A stretch of DNA of 64,000 nt from an uncultured cyanobacterium (GTDB taxonomy: Bacteria > Cyanobacteriota > Cyanobacteriia > Pseudanabaenales > Pseudanabaenaceae), in NCBI GenBank assembly GCA_963703315.1, contig OY969811.1, positions 1,568,001-1,632,000 of the forward strand, in the 5' to 3' direction. The notes below the pieces were generated by a model that was given only the letters and a program-made list of their open reading frames with translations, was not told the origin of the DNA and ran no database searches. Of the stretch, positions 58,134 through 64,000 are shown one piece after another. The stretch's first letter is position 1, and every line of letters begins with the position of its first letter. The position numbers and the translations under genes were made by a program.

Positions 58134-58510
58134 GCTCGATTGCTGAGATTACTGATCGTTTGATTTAGTGTTTTTAATTCTTGCAAAATCTCTCGCAATA
58201 GCCGATTAGTCTCATTTTGAACTGGCTCTTGTACTTGAATTGTCACTTGCTTCATTTTCAAGACATCCCGCGCAAATCTTGAAACTTCCGTAGGGTGAAA
58301 TAACAACGGTTCGCGATCGCTTTGCCGCAGTTCTGGATTTAGCCTTTGCGGATCGTAGGGCAGATTTAGCTGACCTTGATTAGGGTCAGTATTGGCATAC
58401 CGATATACCGAAGCACGCGATCGCCCCAAAGCCTTTTGGATAGCTTCTACATCCATTAACTCATAGGTTTTATCAGTACTAAGATCAGATGCAGAAAATG
58501 GTAGGCTCAT
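58130..58510 (-). CDS. Conserved cyanobacterial HTH-like protein
   Basis: ALGRSRASVYRY HTH-like segment; C-terminal coiled coil. Confidence 0.75.
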   Translation of the reverse strand: MSLPFSASDLSTDKTYELMDVEAIQKALGRSRASVYRYANTDPNQGQLNLPYDPQRLNPELRQSDREPLLFHPTEVSRFARDVLKMKQVTIQVQEPVQNETNRLLREILQELKTLNQTISNLSNRA

Positions 58511-58659
58511 AGCAAATTTCTAGAGATTTAGCTCTTAATTATAGTCTTATTTAGAGTCTACTAGTCTCAAATTCTTGATGCCTATCAAGAATTTGGTTGT
58601 TATGTCATTGAAAACCCTAAAACCTGTGGCGCACGCGCAGCGTGCGCCACAGGTTTCTG

Positions 58660-59016
58660 CTATTTTTTCGATAATAATTCGGTAATAAACAACTCAACTG
58701 CTTTCAGATTTTCCCGCATATCATCCGTTATTTCTAACATTGAGTCTGAATGCTGCTCAGGATGCAAATCTTCGAGTTGAACTGCTAAAGCCTTGATGGG
58801 AATTGCGCCCACATTACTGCTTGATCCCTTAATATGATGCGCTTCAGCCATTATTTGGGGGCGATCGCTAAGGGCGATCGCCTCACGAATTATCGTGATT
58901 CTTTGCAAGACATCCTCTACATATACCTGCAAAACCTCAATCTCAAACTCAATATCGCCCTCTGATATTTGGTTGAGTTGTACGAGGTCAATGGCATGGT
59001 TTAGTTGCTGACTCAT
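58660..59016 (-). CDS. Hpt domain protein
   Basis: AHHIKGSSSNVGA. Confidence 0.9.
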   Translation of the reverse strand: MSQQLNHAIDLVQLNQISEGDIEFEIEVLQVYVEDVLQRITIIREAIALSDRPQIMAEAHHIKGSSSNVGAIPIKALAVQLEDLHPEQHSDSMLEITDDMRENLKAVELFITELLSKK

Positions 59017-59185
59017 ATAGATTTACAGCTTTACATCACTGGATGAGGCTAGTTTAAGCTTGTATTTGGCTAATCTTACAGGCGATCGCATTATCAATGT
59101 TAGAATACAGGTAAATGTAAAGATTTGCAAAGCTCCTATTTATTAAAAATTTACTAACAACTAAACAAGACGAGTCATATCGACC

Positions 59186-60367
59186 ATGCGTATCATTTTA
59201 ATGACAGGAAAAGGCGGAGTTGGTAAAACTTCCGTAGCAGCAGCCACAGGACTACGCTGTGCTGAATTGGGTTATAAAACTCTAGTTTTAAGTACCGATC
59301 CTGCCCACTCCCTTGCTGATAGCTTTATGGTTGAGTTAGGTCATGATCCTAAAGAAGTCCGTCCCAATCTCTGGGGTGCAGAACTAGACGCATTACGAGA
59401 GCTAGAGGGGAACTGGGGTGCTGTTAAACGCTATATCAGTGAAGTTTTACAAGCACGTGGACTAGAGGGTGTACAGGCGGAAGAGCTAGCAATTTTGCCG
59501 GGGATGGATGAGATTTTTGGCTTGGTACGTGTCAAACGTCACTATGACGAAAAAGAATTTGATGTACTAGTGATTGACTCAGCGCCAACAGGAACCGCTC
59601 TACGTCTACTTTCTCTCCCTGAAGTGGCAGGTTGGTATATGCGGAAATTTTATAAACCACTGCAAGGCATGGCACAGGTTTTAAACCCTGTATTTGAGCC
59701 TATTTTTAAGCGTGTGACTGGATTCTCTTTGCCAAATAAAGAAGTCATGGACGCGCCCTACGAGTTTTATGAAGAACTAGAAGCTCTTGAGAAAATTCTC
59801 ACAGACAATACCACTACTACCGTCAGACTGGTGACCAATCCCGAAAAGATGGTGATCAATGAGTCCTTGAGAGCGCATTCCTATCTCAGTCTCTACAATG
59901 TCGCCACAGACATGGTAATTGCCAATCGGATTATTCCTGAAGAGGTACAAGATCCGTTCTTTAAGGCTTGGAAAGATAATCAGAAGCAATATTGCGAACA
60001 AATCCACCGTGATTTTCATCCTCTACCCATCAAACAAATTCCTCTCTATGCAGAGGAAATGTGCGGAATTGAGGCTTTAGAGCGTCTGAAAGAAACTCTC
60101 TATGGCAATGAAGATCCTTCGCAGGTTTACTACAAAGAAAATACGATGCGGGTAGTGGAAGAGAATAAACAGTATCGTCTAGAACTCTATCTACCCGGTG
60201 TGCCGAAAGAGAAGATTGAGTTAACGAAGACTGGTGATGAGCTAAACATTCGCATTGGCAATCATCGCCGTAATTTAGTATTGCCTCAAGCGCTATCTGT
60301 CCTCCAAACTTCTGGCGCAAAAATGGAAGATGATTATCTCAAGATCCGTTTTTCCACTCCTGTCTAA
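59186..60367 (+). CDS. ArsA/GET3/TRC40 family ATPase with C-terminal HSP20-like domain
   Basis: [23 protein letters not shown]-terminal beta-sandwich. Confidence 0.93.
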   Translation: MRIILMTGKGGVGKTSVAAATGLRCAELGYKTLVLSTDPAHSLADSFMVELGHDPKEVRPNLWGAELDALRELEGNWGAVKRYISEVLQARGLEGVQAEELAILPGMDEIFGLVRVKRHYDEKEFDVLVIDSAPTGTALRLLSLPEVAGWYMRKFYKPLQGMAQVLNPVFEPIFKRVTGFSLPNKEVMDAPYEFYEELEALEKILTDNTTTTVRLVTNPEKMVINESLRAHSYLSLYNVATDMVIANRIIPEEVQDPFFKAWKDNQKQYCEQIHRDFHPLPIKQIPLYAEEMCGIEALERLKETLYGNEDPSQVYYKENTMRVVEENKQYRLELYLPGVPKEKIELTKTGDELNIRIGNHRRNLVLPQALSVLQTSGAKMEDDYLKIRFSTPV

Positions 60368-60406
60368 TATCCCATTACGAAAAAGTGCCGCGCAGAGCGC
60401 GGCACT

Positions 60407-60499
60407 ACCGATCGCACTCACATATTTTAAATCAGGTATATCGGCAATATAGGCTTCGTCTTCTTCGCTATAAAAAATGTTGATGTGATAATCTTTCAT
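60407..60499 (-). pseudogene. Truncated duplicate of the hicB-like gene 5' part
   Basis: MKDYHINIFYSEEDEAYIADIPDLKY-SAIG, nearly identical to the start of 60834-61055. Confidence 0.8.
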
Positions 60500-60501
60500 A
60501 G

Positions 60502-60750
60502 TTACAATCCTAGCTCTTGAGCATTTACCCATTCACTTCTGGGGCTGGTCATGACCTCTTGGAGTGAGTCGATATATCCATGTATGGAGTTAAGATAGAT
60601 GGTCTCTTCGATCGCTGCCCAGTCTTCTTTGGAAATTACAACCACGTCATTTTCTGAGCCTTTAATCATGACTGGTTTATGGTTTGCGCTGACTTGATTA
60701 ATTAAGTTATTCAAGTTTGCAGTTGCTTCTTGAAGTAGCAAGTAATCCAT
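60502..60750 (-). CDS. Phd/YefM family antitoxin (orphan)
   Basis: NLNNLINQV-HKPVMI, VVISKEDWAAIEETIYL. Confidence 0.85.
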   Translation of the reverse strand: MDYLLLQEATANLNNLINQVSANHKPVMIKGSENDVVVISKEDWAAIEETIYLNSIHGYIDSLQEVMTSPRSEWVNAQELGL

Positions 60751-60760
60751 AATGCTTCTC

Positions 60761-60790
60761 TATATAATCTATCAATTGATAGATTATATA
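60761..60790. promoter_or_regulatory. 30-bp perfect loopless palindrome, putative antitoxin operator
   Basis: tatataatctatcaattgatagattatata, 10 bp upstream of the antitoxin ATG. Confidence 0.6.
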
Positions 60791-60833
60791 TCATTCGATT
60801 GATAAAGCTAAAATGCCTACGCTGTGATAGTTT

Positions 60834-61055
60834 TTAAGCCACAATTTGATAAATGACGAGGCGATAACGGGGTTTTGGAATTGTTTTGTTTTCTGCTGTA
60901 GCGGCTTCTAGCCATGCAGTTTTGGCAAGAATTACTTCATGGAGTGCTTGTTGTGGAGTTTCACCGATCGCTGAGCAGTATTTTAAGTCAGGGATATCGG
61001 CAATATAGGCTTCGTCGTCTTCGCTGTAGAAAATGTTGATGTGATAGTCTTTCAT
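60834..61055 (-). CDS. hicB: HicB family antitoxin (short)
   Basis: YIADIPDL-CSAIGETPQQAL...IPKP. Confidence 0.88.
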   Translation of the reverse strand: MKDYHINIFYSEDDEAYIADIPDLKYCSAIGETPQQALHEVILAKTAWLEAATAENKTIPKPRYRLVIYQIVA

Positions 61056-61075
61056 GGTTTTTGTTCTACAAGAAT

Positions 61076-61480
61076 TTACGATGTCACCCAGTTTTCAAGT
61101 GCTAGGGCTTGAACTCGATTAAATTCTTTGGTGTTGTTGGTGACTAGGGTTAGGTTTAAACTCAGGGCGTGAGCTGCTATGAGCAAATCCATTGCGCCGA
61201 TGATTTTGCCTGATCGCTCTAGGGTTGCGCGAATGTTTCCGTAAATGGTTGCGGCTTGTTCGTCAAACTGGACAATTTCTAATGGGATTAGGAATTGGTT
61301 AAGGGCGGCGCGATTGCGATCGGGAAATTGGCTTTTGGCGGCTCCATATTCTAGTTCGGCTACGGTGATAGATGAGATGCCGATGTCAAAAGGAGCGATG
61401 GTTTGAAATTTTTCTAAAACGTCTTTGGGCTTGCGTTTGATGATGTAAATGCAAGTATTGGTATCGAGCATATATCTCAT
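61076..61480 (-). CDS. vapC: VapC PIN toxin
   Basis: YMLDTN, ELEYG, DLLIAAHA, LVTNNTKEF. Confidence 0.93.
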   Translation of the reverse strand: MRYMLDTNTCIYIIKRKPKDVLEKFQTIAPFDIGISSITVAELEYGAAKSQFPDRNRAALNQFLIPLEIVQFDEQAATIYGNIRATLERSGKIIGAMDLLIAAHALSLNLTLVTNNTKEFNRVQALALENWVTS

Positions 61481-61710
61481 GAGAATAGCTCCTCTCTTTC
61501 TTGCAATGGAGGCTGTTCTCTAGTTTCCATAAAGTCATCTGAGAAGAGATCGAGGCTATTCCAGAGGGTTTGCCAAGGGTTGTTTTTGGGGATGAGGATG
61601 ATCGCATTACCGACTTTTTTGATATAGACTTCTTCGCCGACTAGTTGAAAACCGTCTGGCAATATGGCTAGTTGTTCGTTGCCTTGCATTCTGAGTTTGG
61701 CTGTGTTCAT
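61477..61710 (-). CDS. vapB: VapB (AbrB-type) antitoxin
   Basis: TAKL...EVYIKKVG...FSDDFM; ATGA overlap with vapC. Confidence 0.9.
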   Translation of the reverse strand: MNTAKLRMQGNEQLAILPDGFQLVGEEVYIKKVGNAIILIPKNNPWQTLWNSLDLFSDDFMETREQPPLQEREELFS

Positions 61711-61722
61711 GGGTTTGTCCTC

Positions 61723-63999
61723 CTAGTTGTATTCTAAGTCAATTCTTCTAAGCCAAGTTTTTACTTCATTTGTGAGTTGTTCACTGGTTTTTTCTCCTGT
61801 GAATGGGCGCATTTGGATTGACTCTGTTAGGCTTTGGCAAAGTTGGTTGATCGCCTCATTAGCACTTTTGCCATAAAGGGCGATCGCTAATTTCTCAAAA
61901 CCAAGCTCAAACTTTAGATTAAGTAATTCACGCTCTAAACAAGCGACATCTTGAACTACTGGAATCCTACGACCGATAGAATTAAAAATTTTGTTGGTTA
62001 ATTTCTTCGCAATTACATTAGGATCGCTTTCTTGTTCGAGATGGCGGATATCGACAACTAAACAGCGTATTTCGGGATGGTCAGCATGACGATCAATTTG
62101 TTCTTGAACTTTATCTATATCAATAAATTGAGAATAAAGATAGCTAATATCTTCTGCTGAACTTAATTTTAATAGACCTAAATTGCTACTACAGGCTTGG
62201 CATATATCATTAAACGTAACGTAGTTAATATTGTCTGTAGTAGCGAGCAAATATTCATATATTCTTTTCATATCAGACTTACAGTAAATAAAATCTGGAT
62301 CTAACATCCCTAATAAATATTCACGCACAAAACATTTTGTTAGTTCTATCCAGTTTTCATCACTAGCAAATTCTTCCAGAAGAAAAAGTATGCGATATCT
62401 ATCTACTTTATCTATATCGGAAATCTTCCAAACTTCATCTAACAATTTCATGAGTTTTTCCAAGATCTCAAGATCACTCATACCTCTTTCTCTTAGTTGA
62501 TAGCAAATATCGACAGTAAATTTATCAGGAGTAATTAAGTCTAAAAGTTCTTGTGTTGTTAAGCTGTCAAGTGACTGATTTTGAATAATGTTTACATTAA
62601 AGCCTAGATCAAATATTGAAGTATGTTTCCAAGGTGTTCTATCAAATTGGATATCTATATGTTTATATGAAGCATCTATAATTGCTAATGTCTGTCCAAG
62701 CTCATTTATATATAATTTTATATTGTTGATAGCCTCTATTTTTTGATTCTTGATTTTTGGAAGATCATTTGTGTTTTCTTCTTCGTTTTTTAAAGCTAAA
62801 TCTAATTCATTTTCATGTCTGCTCAAAATCTCCTCATAAATGGATATCTTGTTTTTTAGCGCTTTAATAGCTAATGGATTTTCTAAACAATTTTTCTTGT
62901 ATAGATTTAGCAAATCATATGTTGATACATTATGTCCAATTAGCATATAGTCGTATGCTAATTGGAAAATCAGTCTTTCCACTATGATTGGATGCTTAGG
63001 ATCTATATTTCCAGCAATCTCAAGAATCATAAATTCTTGAACCATAAGACACTTCAGATAATCTTTCAGATTAGGCGACCAACTTGTATATGAGATTAAA
63101 TCCAATTTATTGTCATCCAAAAACCTCTGACATCTTTTCATTAAATCATTATGTAATTCCTCTAGTTCTAGCCATACGAAATATGAATCCATCTGATAGA
63201 GTATGTTAGATTTTTTCTTTAATTGATAATAAGGAATCAATTTTTCAATCCAATCACACTCAGATCCGTTAAAATAGCTAAATACTTTATTGACAACCTT
63301 TTGAATAAAATCAACTATTTCATCAAAATCATAGAACTCTGATGTCCCCTTCGCTACGAGTACAAATGCTTTTTCCTCATATAAACCATAACAGTCATCT
63401 TTAAAATTAATCAAACTATGTATCAAAGATTGCTTCTGGTTCAGTAAATGTTCTTCGTTTCTACCTAACCAGAAAAGAAAAACTTCAGTCCACTTACCAT
63501 AGAATATACGATAATTTCCTTGAGATATATGATTAGGGTTATGAATCAAGAAGTATGACTGATCATCAATTGCCAAAGCAGCAAAATACTCTTGAAAAGA
63601 TGGATGATAAAAAGCATAAACAGTCTCTAGAGGATTTTCTGCGGCAACACCAATTTCATTTAACCAATTGAGTTTAAGCGCAAGATCGAATAAATCAATA
63701 TCAAACTCTCTGAAAACATTCTCAATAAAAGTCTTAGTCAAACGAAATCGCGAATTTTCGCCATCTATAGCCCGTTTTGCTAATTCTCCCAAAGCTTGAT
63801 TTAGCTGCTCTTCCTGACTGCGAGAAAGTTCAATCTGAGCTTTGCCCTTATTCCATTTATAAAATGCCTCTACAAACCACTCATAAAGCCCTGCCTTAGT
63901 TTCAGGTAGTTCCCCTTGCTTCAACTGCCAACTATAACAAAGCAAAGTCAACCGCAAAGGATTTTTCACCATATCGCGGATACGTTCTTTCCCAGACTG
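61723..63999 (-). CDS. NACHT-domain protein, C-terminal part (5' end beyond the window)
   Basis: NPLRLTLLC, YAFYHPSFQEYFAA winged-helix motif; frame stays open upstream (QSGKERIRD) to the window edge. Confidence 0.85.
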   Translation of the reverse strand, partial: QSGKERIRDMVKNPLRLTLLCYSWQLKQGELPETKAGLYEWFVEAFYKWNKGKAQIELSRSQEEQLNQALGELAKRAIDGENSRFRLTKTFIENVFREFDIDLFDLALKLNWLNEIGVAAENPLETVYAFYHPSFQEYFAALAIDDQSYFLIHNPNHISQGNYRIFYGKWTEVFLFWLGRNEEHLLNQKQSLIHSLINFKDDCYGLYEEKAFVLVAKGTSEFYDFDEIVDFIQKVVNKVFSYFNGSECDWIEKLIPYYQLKKKSNILYQMDSYFVWLELEELHNDLMKRCQRFLDDNKLDLISYTSWSPNLKDYLKCLMVQEFMILEIAGNIDPKHPIIVERLIFQLAYDYMLIGHNVSTYDLLNLYKKNCLENPLAIKALKNKISIYEEILSRHENELDLALKNEEENTNDLPKIKNQKIEAINNIKLYINELGQTLAIIDASYKHIDIQFDRTPWKHTSIFDLGFNVNIIQNQSLDSLTTQELLDLITPDKFTVDICYQLRERGMSDLEILEKLMKLLDEVWKISDIDKVDRYRILFLLEEFASDENWIELTKCFVREYLLGMLDPDFIYCKSDMKRIYEYLLATTDNINYVTFNDICQACSSNLGLLKLSSAEDISYLYSQFIDIDKVQEQIDRHADHPEIRCLVVDIRHLEQESDPNVIAKKLTNKIFNSIGRRIPVVQDVACLERELLNLKFELGFEKLAIALYGKSANEAINQLCQSLTESIQMRPFTGEKTSEQLTNEVKTWLRRIDLEYN

Positions 64000-64000
64000 T

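Noticed and set aside
60293..60532. 79-aa ORF as an intact HicB
   Set aside because: Only about 31 codons match hicB; the rest reads through a hairpin and antisense into arsA.
393..61607. Many short antisense or overlapping ORFs in the six-frame track (e.g. 393-614, 8364-8705, 24614-24970, 51131-51445)
   Set aside because: They are shadows of well-supported genes and have no recognisable motifs.
1..64000. Very frequent GCGATCGC octamer as a novel repeat
   Set aside because: This is the well-known cyanobacterial HIP1; it was used only as a marker of native versus foreign DNA.

Overview
Chromosomal window from a cyanobacterium. The evidence is the dense HIP1 octamer GCGATCGC, a phycobiliprotein-like gene and a cyanobacteriochrome GAF gene; a Pseudanabaena-like assignment is inference. 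Most of the window is scattered housekeeping genes (recO, ilvA, phosphomannomutase, cysA, ppx, speA, ArsA/GET3) separated by many long perfect palindromes and REP/MITE-like repeats. Three accessory regions stand out. (1) At 24.0-31.5 kb, an AT-rich, HIP1-free operon encodes a GHKL ATPase-histidine kinase fusion, a receiver protein and a ComEC-like MBL nuclease, a candidate phosphorelay-controlled defence system. It is followed by an array of toxin-antitoxin cassettes, each preceded by a decayed copy of what looks like the 3' end of a type ISP restriction-modification gene, with junctions at HIP1 sites. (2) At 33.8-46.5 kb, sulfur genes share a 30-bp upstream motif, an AAA ATPase plus TOPRIM-like pair is inserted, and three CadD-family paralogs surround a LysR regulator. 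(3) At 60.4-64 kb, a NACHT gene runs off the window and is followed by a TA cluster rich in orphan antitoxins. No rRNA, tRNA, CRISPR array or transposase was recognised. All family assignments come from motif recognition by eye, not database searches.
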